DNA of 64,000 nt from Candidatus Doudnabacteria bacterium RIFCSPHIGHO2_12_FULL_48_16 (GCA_001780035.1 MFEY01000005.1:40354-104353), one strand, 5' to 3'. Numbered from the stretch's first letter, positions 39,163 to 49,020 are shown. Translations and numbers: made by a program. Notes: a model not told the origin generated them from the sequence alone.

Positions 39163-39258
39163 TCCCGTTAGAAAATTGATAATAATATGATATTTTTTTC
39201 GATGCTTATATTATAAATTTAATGCTGTTAATTTAACTTTGAGCTATTTCTAACGGGA
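39163..39258. mobile_element. MITE-like element, family A copy 5
   Basis: TCCCGTTAGAAA / TTTCTAACGGGA, TCATA direct repeats. Confidence 0.85.
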
Positions 39259-39936
39259 TCATAGGACGTATTTGCCTTTCTCCTGGTCGTAAATGATTTC
39301 ACCTTTTTCAATGGTGATCACGCGTTTTTTGACGCTGTTGACCAGCTCCTTGGCGTGCGTAGCCAGAATGACCGTGGTTCCCGTTTTATTGATCTTCATC
39401 AGCAGCTGTAAAATTTCCCAGGCATTAATCGAATCCAAGTTTCCCGTCGGCTCGTCAGCCAAAAGCAGCACCGGCTTGTGCACCATGGCGCGCGCAATTG
39501 CTACGCGTTGTTTTTCGCCGCCGGACATTTGGTGTGGGAAAGCATGAGCCTTTTCCTGCAAGCCGACCAGTTCCAGAACCCGCGGCACTTCTTTTTTGAT
39601 CATGGCCGCCGGTTCCCCGGAAACTTCCAGGGCAAAAGCGACGTTTTCGAGAGCAGTACGGTTGGGTAGAAGCTTGATGTCTTGGAACACCACGCCGATT
39701 TTGCGGCGCAGATATGGAATGTCCCGGGCTTTGATTTGGGCCACGTCAATGTCATCGATCAGGATCCGGCCGCTGTCCGGCTTTTCTTCCCCGATAATCA
39801 GGGAGATGAGCGTGGACTTGCCGGCGCCGGATTGCCCGATCAACGATAAAAAATCCCCTTTGTGGATGTCGATGCTGATATTTTTCAGCGCAATGATTTG
39901 GGGATATGTTTTTGTTACTTTATCGAAACGAATCAT
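39259..39936 (-). CDS. ftsE: Cell division ATP-binding protein FtsE
   Basis: GQSGAGKS, IPYLRRKIGVVFQD, SGGEKQR, ADEPTGNLD. Confidence 0.95.
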   Translation of the reverse strand: MIRFDKVTKTYPQIIALKNISIDIHKGDFLSLIGQSGAGKSTLISLIIGEEKPDSGRILIDDIDVAQIKARDIPYLRRKIGVVFQDIKLLPNRTALENVAFALEVSGEPAAMIKKEVPRVLELVGLQEKAHAFPHQMSGGEKQRVAIARAMVHKPVLLLADEPTGNLDSINAWEILQLLMKINKTGTTVILATHAKELVNSVKKRVITIEKGEIIYDQEKGKYVL

Positions 39937-39964
39937 ATAAATTATTATAGCAAAGATTTTACGT

Positions 39965-40750
39965 TTACCCTAGCAATTGTTTGACTAAGGCGATCATTTC
40001 ATCGCGTTCTTGTTTTAAAACCTCGGGCCGGGTCTCCAACAGGCCGTTTGATTCCCCAGCCGGTGGCATTATTTCGTAAACTCGGTCGGAAAACAGGGCC
40101 GGCGCCAGATACTGGCTGTTATTATTGTAAATTACCAGGATATCAGTGGCTTTCGTCTTTAGAATTTGATCCAATTGCCATTGATAATCAGCGACACTCC
40201 ACATTAGCGGATCTTTGTATTGACTGTGGCCAAGTTTCGTGCTGCCTGGGTGCAGAAACGGCGCGGAAATCGCGGCTTTCATTAAATTAAAAAAATTCTG
40301 CGAGCCGACCTTGTGAACCTCCAGATATTCAATCTTGTTTTCCCCAAGGTTTTTAACGATAACAAATAATTTGGTTTTGCTCGCCAGGACTTTGTCCACC
40401 GGCAAAGGCTTCTTGTTTTTGAAAACATCTATCAAGTAATCAATATCCATTAAATTCCACGGATGGGAGGCGTTAATAAATTTTCGGCCGGCCAGCTCTT
40501 CATAATAAATTGACGGGCCCTTGTCCGGATCGTCGGCCAGAAAATAGCAGGCATTGGGAAATCCTGCGGACATTGAGTAGATTTCATCGAATGCATGCGT
40601 CAGGCCCAGCTGCTGCAATCCGATCAAGGCTCCGGAGCCGCGCATTCCGCTCATCACGCCGCCGAATACGAGTAGGACGATCCGCCGGCCGTCTTTAAGC
40701 GGCACTTTTTTGTTTCTTCTGGCATTAATATGTTCAAGCGCAGGGTGCAT
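39965..40750 (-). CDS. Patatin-like phospholipase family protein, divergent
   Basis: GGVMSG glycine loop, SMSAG nucleophile elbow; DGG motif not canonical. Confidence 0.7.
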   Translation of the reverse strand: MHPALEHINARRNKKVPLKDGRRIVLLVFGGVMSGMRGSGALIGLQQLGLTHAFDEIYSMSAGFPNACYFLADDPDKGPSIYYEELAGRKFINASHPWNLMDIDYLIDVFKNKKPLPVDKVLASKTKLFVIVKNLGENKIEYLEVHKVGSQNFFNLMKAAISAPFLHPGSTKLGHSQYKDPLMWSVADYQWQLDQILKTKATDILVIYNNNSQYLAPALFSDRVYEIMPPAGESNGLLETRPEVLKQERDEMIALVKQLLG

Positions 40751-41840
40751 TTATTTATTTTTTTCCAGATATTTTTTAATGAATTCTTCGAGGTTGCCTT
40801 CCAGAACATGTTCGGCATCCGAAGTTTCGTAACCCGTCCGATGGTCTTTGACCAATTTGTAAGGATGCAGGACATAGGATCGGATTTGATTTCCCCATTC
40901 GGCGCTGTGAAACTCGCCGCGGATTTGCAGGCGTTCCTGCTCCTTTTTTTGTTCGTCCAGCGCGGCCAGTTTGGCGGATAAAATTTTTAAGGCCTGTTCT
41001 TTGTTCTGCGACTGGCTGCGCTCATTTTGAATCGTGACGGTGATTCCGCTCGGCCGATGCACGGCGCGGATAGCTGAATAGGTCGTATTTACCGATTGAC
41101 CGCCATGGCCGCGTGAGGTTTTGGCTTCAAGTTCGATTTCGCCCATATCCAGTTTATATTCCGATTGCTCGGTCACGGGTAAAACTTCGACCAGGGCAAA
41201 CGAAGTTTCGCGGGTATGCGCCGGATTATACGCCGACAATCTGACCAGGCGATGCACGCCGGCCTCGGATTTGAAATAGCCGTAAGCATGGGGGCCGGAA
41301 ATTTCAAGCACCACGCTTTTGATGCCGGCTTCCCCACCGCGGCTTTCATCGATCATCGTCACTTTGAATTTTTTGGCTTCGGCAAAGCGGGAATACATCC
41401 GCAGCAGCATCTGCGCCCAATCTTGGGCATCCACCCCACCCGCCCCGGCGTGGATGGACAAAATCGCGTCGTGATCATCGTATTTGCCCGAAAGGAAGGT
41501 GTTGAGGCCAAACTGGCCGTATTGGGCCGTTAAAAGCTCAAATTTGACCTTTAGCTCGGCTTCCAGGGCCTTGTCGCTGTCTTTGGTCGCCAGGGCGGTT
41601 AGCTCCTCCAATTCATGCAAATCAGCTTCAAATTTAAACCAGCTTTCAATCTCACTTTTTAGGTGGGCATGCGTCTTGGATTTTTCACGCGCCGAATTTT
41701 GGTCAGACCAAAATTCGGGCTGGGCCATGGCGTCTTCGAACTCTAGCAGTTTTTGTTTCTTTTGGGGCAGGTCAAAGATGCTCCTTCAGATCTTTGGCCT
41801 GATCTTTTAGCGTTTTAATTTTTCGCAGCAGTTCGTCCAT
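40751..41840 (-). CDS. prfB: Peptide chain release factor 2 with programmed +1 frameshift
   Basis: GGQ motif; N-terminal MDELLRKIKTLKDQAKDLKEHL then CTT-TGA-C (41771-41777) preceded by internal AAGGAG. Confidence 0.95.
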
Positions 41841-42513
41841 GATCTTGAATGATATTTTTTAATTTTTTGAGGTGATGAATCAAGTGATCGGGTTTTGTCG
41901 CCTTGAGCCGCCGGGTGCTGGAATTGCCACCCGACAGAGCTACGGTGACGTATCCGAATTTTTTTCCGATCTCAATTTCTTCGGTAGTGTCGCCGACGAC
42001 CAGGACCTCGTTTGGCTTCAGTCTATTTTTTATCACGTATTCCTCGAGCTGGCTTTCTTTGCCTCGCTTGTGCATCAACGAAGTGTCCTCCACGGTGGTA
42101 AAGCCCAAAATATCTTTAAAGGAATCAATTTCCAGGCGCTTTAGTTGCTTTCGGATATGAGATTCCATATGGTTGCTAAAAATAACCTTGTTGATTTTTT
42201 GAGTTTCCAGCCAATCCAAAATTTCGCGGGATCCGGCCCTGGTTCGACATAAACCTTCCCGGGGTTCGTAATAAGTGAAATATGTTTTACGGATTGTTAG
42301 AACATTTCGCTCGAAGTCTTTTAGTTTCATCCCCATCGCCAGCCAATACAATTTAAATGGAACAACCATCTTGTGCTGCAGCTCTTTTAGATTTGTCGGC
42401 TTTAAACGAAACTTGACCAAGGTATGCGACATGGCTCTTACCACCAGATTAGTATCGGCAAAGATAGTGCCGTTCCAATCAAAAGCCACTAGCTTAATTT
42501 TATCCTTTGTCAT
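41815..42513 (-). CDS. HAD-family phosphatase
   Basis: FDWNGT, FSN, VGDTTEE. Confidence 0.88.
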   Translation of the reverse strand: MTKDKIKLVAFDWNGTIFADTNLVVRAMSHTLVKFRLKPTNLKELQHKMVVPFKLYWLAMGMKLKDFERNVLTIRKTYFTYYEPREGLCRTRAGSREILDWLETQKINKVIFSNHMESHIRKQLKRLEIDSFKDILGFTTVEDTSLMHKRGKESQLEEYVIKNRLKPNEVLVVGDTTEEIEIGKKFGYVTVALSGGNSSTRRLKATKPDHLIHHLKKLKNIIQDHGRTAAKN

Positions 42514-44197
42514 ATTTTTTATCCAGTTCCGCCTCCTTGACCCGCTGTTTGGCTTCGCTGTCAGCGCGGGACCAGTAATAGTTTTCGTAATCGACGAATT
42601 TCATCATGTCCGCTCGCCATTGGCTGCGCTTGGCAATCAGTTTATGCATTTCCTGGGCCGCCAGCCGGTATTGCGGATGCCCTTGCGGCGTCGAGCGCAG
42701 CTCCAGCATATGCATAGCTTCCCGGTCGTTAAAGGCAATCGACCAGCGGATGTAATGGCCATGCAGCGTTGCATATTGGGCGGCCAGTGGCGCCGTCTTG
42801 AGCATGGCATCGAACAGCTTATCGGATTTTTCAATGCAGATTTTGATTTTGTCTTCCACTCCGGCCTGGATAATTTCCTGCGGCATCTGAAAGCCGATTT
42901 TCGTGGTAAACATCTGGCGCTGCTGCGTGTTCATGCGATGCCGCTGCAAATCCTTATAAGTGCCAAAGTTAATTACTGTATCAAAGCTATGCGGATAACC
43001 TGTTTCAAGGCCCCGGCCGGGCCGCTGGCGGCGATTTTCGCGCTCTCCGACGTAGACCCGGACAATTTCCTTGCGGTCATTCTCGCTCATGTTTTCAATT
43101 TTGCGGCGTATTTTTCGCAGGGGCATATTGGAATAAGGAAAAACCATGGCGGCGAGCTGGTCAACGTCCGCAGTTTCTTGTAACAGGGCGGTGATTGCCG
43201 CGGCATTGACCGCCTTGTTCTTGAGCTTTATGGCCAGGTATTCTTCTCCGCGATCCTGCAGGTCATAATGCGGCAGAGTTGGCGGCACTTCAGGTGTGTC
43301 TAACCAAAAATGCTTTTTAGCCAGACTCGCTATTTCTTTTTCGGTTTCATGCCAGTATTTGTCTGCTTTGGCCCGGCGCACGTATTGCGGAATAGTTTGC
43401 GCCAAGGCTTTGGCGGTCTGGTTCGCAATGCTGTTGAATTCCGGCAGCTTATGCGTCAGCAAATTCGAGATCAAGGTTTGATAGAAGCGGCCATTGCCAA
43501 ACATGCCGACATTCGTCAGAGTGCCGATCGGCAGCAGGCAGCGTAGGGTATCACAAGCTTTGGACCGCAAATCAAAGTTGTAGGTGGTTTTAAAAGCCTT
43601 CTGTTGCTTCTCATCAGTTATGTCGGCAAATTTTTCTTTGGCGCCGTCACCGTTGATATCGTATTCGGCTTCGCCGATCGGCTTGAGTTTTTCGTAGTAA
43701 GCCTTGAGCGGCTCGACCAGGTCGGCATATGTCTGGAAGATAAAATCCATCGTTTTCGCATATTGCGGTCCGAACGGTGCGCCTAAAACATCCTCGCCGC
43801 GATAATACAGCCAGTTGCCTTTGTCGTCCTTCTGGTCATAAAACACGTAGCGCGTGGATTGCTCGATTGGTGAACCGCCAATGCGGTGATCCTCGATTTC
43901 CTTGGCCGCGATCATCGTCACCTTTTCAAACGAAACATGACCCCCCTCCAATTCCCCCACGCTGTCGTCGCCATAAGCGACCAATACCCGGGCAATCAAT
44001 TCATCCGCATGTTTCGGGTCAATCTGACCTTCTTTGATAAATTCTTTGAGCAAAGTTTCGCGAAATCCGCCCTTGGCGCGCGAGTAGCGGGCATAAGCGG
44101 CGCCGACGATGCCGCTTAAGTTTCTGATGGCAAAGACATTGTCCTCGGTCGAGGTGACATAGGGTTCCAGGAGTTTTTTTTCGTCGTCAGTGAACAT
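42500..44197 (-). CDS. thyX: Flavin-dependent thymidylate synthase, tandem two-domain form
   Basis: YGDDSVGE, DHRIGGSPIEQSTRYV in N-half; DLQRHR, ELRS..QGH..YR in C-half; in dTTP cluster. Confidence 0.88.
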   Translation of the reverse strand: MFTDDEKKLLEPYVTSTEDNVFAIRNLSGIVGAAYARYSRAKGGFRETLLKEFIKEGQIDPKHADELIARVLVAYGDDSVGELEGGHVSFEKVTMIAAKEIEDHRIGGSPIEQSTRYVFYDQKDDKGNWLYYRGEDVLGAPFGPQYAKTMDFIFQTYADLVEPLKAYYEKLKPIGEAEYDINGDGAKEKFADITDEKQQKAFKTTYNFDLRSKACDTLRCLLPIGTLTNVGMFGNGRFYQTLISNLLTHKLPEFNSIANQTAKALAQTIPQYVRRAKADKYWHETEKEIASLAKKHFWLDTPEVPPTLPHYDLQDRGEEYLAIKLKNKAVNAAAITALLQETADVDQLAAMVFPYSNMPLRKIRRKIENMSENDRKEIVRVYVGERENRRQRPGRGLETGYPHSFDTVINFGTYKDLQRHRMNTQQRQMFTTKIGFQMPQEIIQAGVEDKIKICIEKSDKLFDAMLKTAPLAAQYATLHGHYIRWSIAFNDREAMHMLELRSTPQGHPQYRLAAQEMHKLIAKRSQWRADMMKFVDYENYYWSRADSEAKQRVKEAELDKKYDKG

Positions 44198-44208
44198 ATA
44201 AATGCGTA

Positions 44209-44883
44209 TTAGAACCTTAACTTTTTCCAAATTAACTCATGCACTTGCTCCGGCGTGAATAAAATTCCTTTTTGGAAGCACTCCACCAAGGGATAGCCGA
44301 ATTTTTTTGAAATTTCCAGGTAAGTGCGCTCCGCCGCCAGCAAGTGTTTCAAATCCTTTTCGTGCAGATCGCGCTTTTTGCTGCCAATATAGAACCGTGG
44401 TCCCTTTTTATCCACCAGCTTTTGGGCAATTTTTGCCGGCATATGCAAGATGACATTTAAATCAGGTTTGGGGATGCCAAAAAATTTATATTCGAGCTCA
44501 AACAGCCATTTGAAATACTCGCTGCGTTTGGCTTTGCCGGCGATCTTTCCGCCCTGGTGCGCCATGTTCGCGGTAACGTAGCGATTGGAGATAATGATAT
44601 GGCCTCTATTCAGGTGGTCTTTGATTCGCGTGGCCGCGGCAAACCGGTCGACAGCAAAAAATATCGATGGAATTTTTGGGCCAAGCTCCTGAGCCGTGCC
44701 ATACAAGCCGTTCAGATAATCCTCGATCGGCCCGGCCGACTTCTTGCCGTATTGCGGGAAATCTTCCACATGGACCTTTTTGCCCATTTTTTCCAATCGC
44801 TGAAACAGCATCCTAGTTTGAGTGGCTTTGCCCGAACCGTCCGTGCCATCGATGACAATAAATTTGCCGCGCCTCTTAGCCAT
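44209..44883 (-). CDS. tmk: Thymidylate kinase
   Basis: IDGTDGSGKATQ, FPQY, NRY. Confidence 0.92.
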   Translation of the reverse strand: MAKRRGKFIVIDGTDGSGKATQTRMLFQRLEKMGKKVHVEDFPQYGKKSAGPIEDYLNGLYGTAQELGPKIPSIFFAVDRFAAATRIKDHLNRGHIIISNRYVTANMAHQGGKIAGKAKRSEYFKWLFELEYKFFGIPKPDLNVILHMPAKIAQKLVDKKGPRFYIGSKKRDLHEKDLKHLLAAERTYLEISKKFGYPLVECFQKGILFTPEQVHELIWKKLRF

Positions 44884-45316
44884 TGAGCCCTCCGGTTGAG
44901 CCGAAGCCGCCGCGCGACTGCTCTCTGATCTGATCGACCTCTTCCCATTCAATGTGATCTACGGCCAGGAACATGCCTTGGGCCAAGCGCTCACCTTTTT
45001 TGATCATCACCGGCTGCTCGGTAAAGTTAAACAGCTGTAGTCGGACTTCATCCGTCGGACCGGAAAAATCACGATCCACAATTCCAATCGCTTGTGGCAC
45101 AGACAAGCCTTTTTTCACCGGGGTGCTGGAGCGCGAGGCAATGAGCAAAAAATGCCCATGGGGGGCCTCGATAATCAACCCGGTTTTAATCAGTTTGATT
45201 TCCTTGGGGCTAATTGTTGCGTCCTCATTGGCCGCAATGTCAAAAGCCGCGGATTCCGCGGTTTGGTATTGGGGCAGTTCCACTGAGGGGTCGAGGCGTT
45301 TGATCTTTACTTTCAT
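44876..45316 (-). CDS. dut: dUTP diphosphatase
   Basis: AAFDI, SRSS, GIVDRDFSG, RGGFGSTG. Confidence 0.95.
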   Translation of the reverse strand: MKVKIKRLDPSVELPQYQTAESAAFDIAANEDATISPKEIKLIKTGLIIEAPHGHFLLIASRSSTPVKKGLSVPQAIGIVDRDFSGPTDEVRLQLFNFTEQPVMIKKGERLAQGMFLAVDHIEWEEVDQIREQSRGGFGSTGGLNG

Positions 45317-45334
45317 GTCGATACTAATTGATAA

Positions 45335-46027
45335 TTAAGATTTAAGACCTACGATTAATCCGCGATCAAACTCGAGTTGCAGACAAGCCGCTTTAAAGCC
45401 CGATTCGCGCAGCCAAGCCAGCTGATCCTCTACTAAGTCGGGAAAATCTTCCTTAATGCTCATTCGCTTCTTATATTCAGCAAACGGCTCCTTCCAATCC
45501 GTCCAAGTTGCCGATTTAGTTTGCGATCTCCACTGGCTTTCATAAGCTGAAGCCAAACTATCCGATTCTATTTTAAAGCGATCCACCAACACATACATCC
45601 CCCCGGAAACTAAATTTTTATATATAAATTTGAATATCTCCTGCTTGTGGATTGACGGGATTTCATGGAGAGCGAAGGAAGTTATTGCGAACTGATATTG
45701 GCCTTGAGGTAATTTTAAATTCTTGATTTCATTTAGATCATGCTGAATTGTAATCATATTGCGCCCCTTTAGTCTGTCTTCCGCCTTCGCAATCATGGCC
45801 TCGGATGAATCGACGCCCACAATCTGAGCTGCAGGGATTTTGTTGAAAATCATTTCCTCAACCAGTCCAGTGCCGAAACCTAAATCTAGAATCATCCCAT
45901 CGTTGCTATAAGAGTCTGTAATAATAGTTAGAAGCAAATCCAGTAACCTAGCTCTCGAAGGGTTGTTAACGGCGGCATCCGCATCCCATCCCATCGCAAA
46001 TTTTGGATCGTGCCAATTATCCTTCAT
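45335..46027 (-). CDS. Class I SAM-dependent methyltransferase
   Basis: ILDLGFGTG, GVDSSEAM, SFALH, LVSGG. Confidence 0.88.
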   Translation of the reverse strand: MKDNWHDPKFAMGWDADAAVNNPSRARLLDLLLTIITDSYSNDGMILDLGFGTGLVEEMIFNKIPAAQIVGVDSSEAMIAKAEDRLKGRNMITIQHDLNEIKNLKLPQGQYQFAITSFALHEIPSIHKQEIFKFIYKNLVSGGMYVLVDRFKIESDSLASAYESQWRSQTKSATWTDWKEPFAEYKKRMSIKEDFPDLVEDQLAWLRESGFKAACLQLEFDRGLIVGLKS

Positions 46028-46617
46028 TGTTTAAATTTAATCCAGCCGTTGTTCTTCAGGAAATTTTTATAATACTGCGAGGCCTGGGGCTTGGTGGCGC
46101 CGAAATATTTGCTGCCGAGTTTTTTGTTGCCATAGGCCGAGTCAGCTGGGCTGGAAAGGGGTGTAAAAGAAATTTGAGCGATGGGCATTTTGTAGTAGAG
46201 TTTAATCGGCAAAATAGAAATGTTGTGCAGCTCCAAAGTCATTTTGAGTTTGTTGCCGGGATCCAGATAACCGGCGGTAGCATGGATAATCAGGCCGATC
46301 CGTCCCAGCGAACTCTTCCCTTCCAGCCGCCCGACCATATCATCGGAGACTCCCACGGTTTCATATGTCATACCGAGGGCAAATTCACCCGGGTGCAGGA
46401 TAAATTGGCGCTTCTCGCTGATTGAAACCCGTTCCATCATATCATCGAGCGGCAGTTTGGGATCGATGCAAGTATGGTTATCGGTGCGAAAAAACATAAA
46501 ATCCTTGCCAAGGTGCAAGTCTATTGAGGCGGGCTGAATGGAGTTTGGAAACAATGGATCGACACTGATCCGGCCCGTTTTAAGATATTTTTTGATGTCT
46601 TTGTCGGATAAAATCAT
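46024..46617 (-). CDS. dcd: dCTP deaminase
   Basis: MILSDKDI, QPASIDL, EGKSSLGRIG..HATAG..DPG, LEL. Confidence 0.95.
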   Translation of the reverse strand: MILSDKDIKKYLKTGRISVDPLFPNSIQPASIDLHLGKDFMFFRTDNHTCIDPKLPLDDMMERVSISEKRQFILHPGEFALGMTYETVGVSDDMVGRLEGKSSLGRIGLIIHATAGYLDPGNKLKMTLELHNISILPIKLYYKMPIAQISFTPLSSPADSAYGNKKLGSKYFGATKPQASQYYKNFLKNNGWIKFKQ

Positions 46618-46673
46618 ATAAAGTAAAACAAAAGACCTGCTCGTATTATAGCAGATCTTTTTACTTTTGACTT

Positions 46674-47348
46674 TTAAATTTTGACCTTGATACCGGGGCC
46701 CATGGTCGCATTGACTGAAATGGACTGGATATATTCTCTTTTTAGGCCCGCCGGTTTGGCAGTTTCCACCGCATCCATAAAAGTCTTAAAGTTGGCCAGG
46801 ATTTGATCATCCGGAAAACTGGACTTGCCGAGAATCATATGGATGTTACCGGATTCATCATTTTTGAATTCAGCCTTGCCAGTCGCAAATTCCTTGACGG
46901 TCTTGCCGATATCGGCCGAAACGGTGCCAGATTTGGGATTCGGCATCAAGCCCTTGGGTCCCAAAATTTTGGCCACAGATGCCAGTTTGGCCATCATGGA
47001 CGGTTCGGCAATGGCGATGTCGAAATCCAGCTTTTCGGTTTCCTTGATTTTTTTTATCAAGTCCTCGCCGCCAACCACCACCGCACCCGCATCCAGAGCT
47101 TCTTTTTCTTTGCCACTTGATACAAAAGCGGCAATGCGCTTGGTTTTACCCGTGCCATGGGGCAGGGTGACGGTCGCGCGCAGGGCCTGATCGCTTTTTT
47201 TTGGATCGATGCCGAGGCGGATGTGAACTTCAATGTTGCCTACGAATTTAGTGGTCGCGGTTTTTTTGGCCAAAGCAATCGCTTCGGCAGCCGGATAAGT
47301 CTTATTCTGGTCGACTTCTTTCAGTGCGGCGTTAAATCTTTTACCCAT
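46674..47348 (-). CDS. rplA: 50S ribosomal protein L1
   Basis: LPHGTGK, LGPKGLMPNPK, TMGPG. Confidence 0.97.
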   Translation of the reverse strand: MGKRFNAALKEVDQNKTYPAAEAIALAKKTATTKFVGNIEVHIRLGIDPKKSDQALRATVTLPHGTGKTKRIAAFVSSGKEKEALDAGAVVVGGEDLIKKIKETEKLDFDIAIAEPSMMAKLASVAKILGPKGLMPNPKSGTVSADIGKTVKEFATGKAEFKNDESGNIHMILGKSSFPDDQILANFKTFMDAVETAKPAGLKREYIQSISVNATMGPGIKVKI

Positions 47349-47359
47349 GTTTCTCCTTT

Positions 47360-47387
47360 GTGGTACAAACGCCTTTCGGGCTCCCAC
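47360..47387 (-). promoter_or_regulatory. Putative L1 autoregulatory mRNA operator
   Basis: GTGGGAG-CCCGAAAGG-CGTTTGT-ACCAC stem with internal loop directly before the AAAGGAG SD of rplA, resembling known L1-binding leaders. Confidence 0.65.
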
Positions 47388-47420
47388 GAGTTAATTTATA
47401 ATCTCTAATTTATAATTTTT

Positions 47421-47756
47421 CTAAACCTGGTTTTCTTTTCGTATAACCACCCAATGATAGAGGTAGAGAGGCAAACCAACAATGATTTGAGCCAAGGCGG
47501 TTGAAGCCTGGCGCTGCTTATCCGAGGTTCGCTGTTCTTGACACCGCTTCTGCTGATCTTCGCTAGAGAGTGTCACGCCGCTCTTGTCCACCGACATAGG
47601 TTGAATGTCATAGTAGCAGGGATAATCCGATTTGGTAAACACATAGGTCTTCAAACCCAGATCGATTAAACTGACCGCACCCATAATGAGCAGGACCAGG
47701 CCGATAATCGCAAACAGATAGAGATAAACTTTTCGAAGTGTTAGATTGAGTGCCAT
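47421..47756 (-). CDS. Two-TM membrane protein (DUF5671-like)
   Basis: RKVYLYLF..IGL, A.IIVGLPLYLYHW. Confidence 0.75.
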   Translation of the reverse strand: MALNLTLRKVYLYLFAIIGLVLLIMGAVSLIDLGLKTYVFTKSDYPCYYDIQPMSVDKSGVTLSSEDQQKRCQEQRTSDKQRQASTALAQIIVGLPLYLYHWVVIRKENQV

Positions 47757-47769
47757 ATGATATAGTGTT

Positions 47770-47826
47770 GAGCGTGGAGCGTTCAGCGTGTAGAGCTACA
47801 CGCTCTACGCTGTCCACTATACGCTA
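47770..47826. repeat. Inverted array of AGCGTNN heptamers
   Basis: AGCGTGG AGCGTTC AGCGTGT AG / CT ACACGCT CTACGCT ... ATACGCT. Confidence 0.75.
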
Positions 47827-48246
47827 TTTAATTTCCACGCCCATGGACCGGGCCGTGCCGGCGACTATTTTTTCAGCGGCTTCAATGTTGTTGGCATTTA
47901 GGTCCGGCATTTTCTTTTCTGCGATTTCGCGCAGTTGGGCTTTGCTGATTTTGCCGACTTTGTTCATGAGCGGATTGCCGCTGCCTTTCTCAATACCGGC
48001 CGCTTTCTGGATCAAAACCGCCGCGGGCGGGGTTTTGAGAATAAAAGTATAAGTGCGGTCCTCAAACACCGTAATTTCCGCCGGAATGGTCAGGTCGCCC
48101 ATCTGGGAGGTGCGCTCGTTAAACTCCTTGATAAACTGGCCGATGTTGATCCCGTGGGGCCCAAGGGCCGTCCCTGTTTGCTGAGATGGCGCGGCTTTCC
48201 CGGCCGGGAGCTGAATTTTTAAAACAATTTTTACCTTTTTAGCCAT
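47824..48246 (-). CDS. rplK: 50S ribosomal protein L11
   Basis: [27 protein letters not shown]. Confidence 0.97.
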   Translation of the reverse strand: MAKKVKIVLKIQLPAGKAAPSQQTGTALGPHGINIGQFIKEFNERTSQMGDLTIPAEITVFEDRTYTFILKTPPAAVLIQKAAGIEKGSGNPLMNKVGKISKAQLREIAEKKMPDLNANNIEAAEKIVAGTARSMGVEIK

Positions 48247-48259
48247 AAATTTGGATTAA

Positions 48260-49015
48260 TTATTTCTTTTCGCTTGCCAAAAAATTCTTGATGTCCTGGA
48301 CGGTGCTCATGAATTGAGCGGGGAAAATAATAGTGGAATTTTTTTCCATCGCGATTTCCGCCATGGTCTGCAGGTTTCGCAACTGCAAGGCAATCGGATG
48401 TGCGGCCATGACATCGGCTGTTTGGGCCAGTTTTTCCGAGGCTGCCAATTCCCCTTCCGCGGCAATGATTTTGGCGCGCTTTTCACGTTCCGCTTCGGCC
48501 TGTTTGGCCATGGCGCGCTGCATGTTCTCCGGCAGCTCAATGTCTTTGATTTCAACTACGCTGACGACAACGCCCCAGGGCTCGGTATGAGCGTCCAGAA
48601 CTGTCCGGATCTGATTATTGATCGTTTCCCGCTCCGATAGAATTTCATCAAGCTGGAATTGGCCCACGATATTGCGGACCGTAGTCTGAGCAATCTGATT
48701 GATCGCGCTCATGACGTCTTCAATGGAGACAATGCTTTTAATCGGATCTGCGATCCGGTAGTAAGCGACCACCGAGACATCCACCGAAACGTTGTCCTTG
48801 GTGATGATTTTTTGCGGTTGCACCGGCAGCGTCACAGTGCGCAGGTCAATCTTGCGGACAATGTCAATATAAGGGATGACCCAATTCAGGCCCGGCTGCT
48901 TGGTGCCGATGATCCGGCCCAGGCGGAAAACCACGCCGATCTGATACTGCTGGACAATCCGGAAACCCGGAAGGATCAGAAAGACAATTATAAACGCAAG
49001 GACGTAAAATAACAT
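48260..49015 (-). CDS. SPFH/band 7 (stomatin-like) protein
   Basis: ITKDNV, AQTTVRNIVG, AMAKQAEAERE.RA, ALQLR.LQT. Confidence 0.93.
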   Translation of the reverse strand: MLFYVLAFIIVFLILPGFRIVQQYQIGVVFRLGRIIGTKQPGLNWVIPYIDIVRKIDLRTVTLPVQPQKIITKDNVSVDVSVVAYYRIADPIKSIVSIEDVMSAINQIAQTTVRNIVGQFQLDEILSERETINNQIRTVLDAHTEPWGVVVSVVEIKDIELPENMQRAMAKQAEAEREKRAKIIAAEGELAASEKLAQTADVMAAHPIALQLRNLQTMAEIAMEKNSTIIFPAQFMSTVQDIKNFLASEKK

Positions 49016-49020
49016 AAAAT

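Noticed and set aside
5069..39258. CRISPR array interpretation of conserved ends with variable interiors
   Set aside because: Copies are dispersed and bounded by inverted, not direct, repeats; no cas genes
42275..43183. 302-aa plus-strand ORF (also 22982-23935, 8867-9634, 56028-56750, 50764-51435)
   Set aside because: Antisense shadows of well-supported genes
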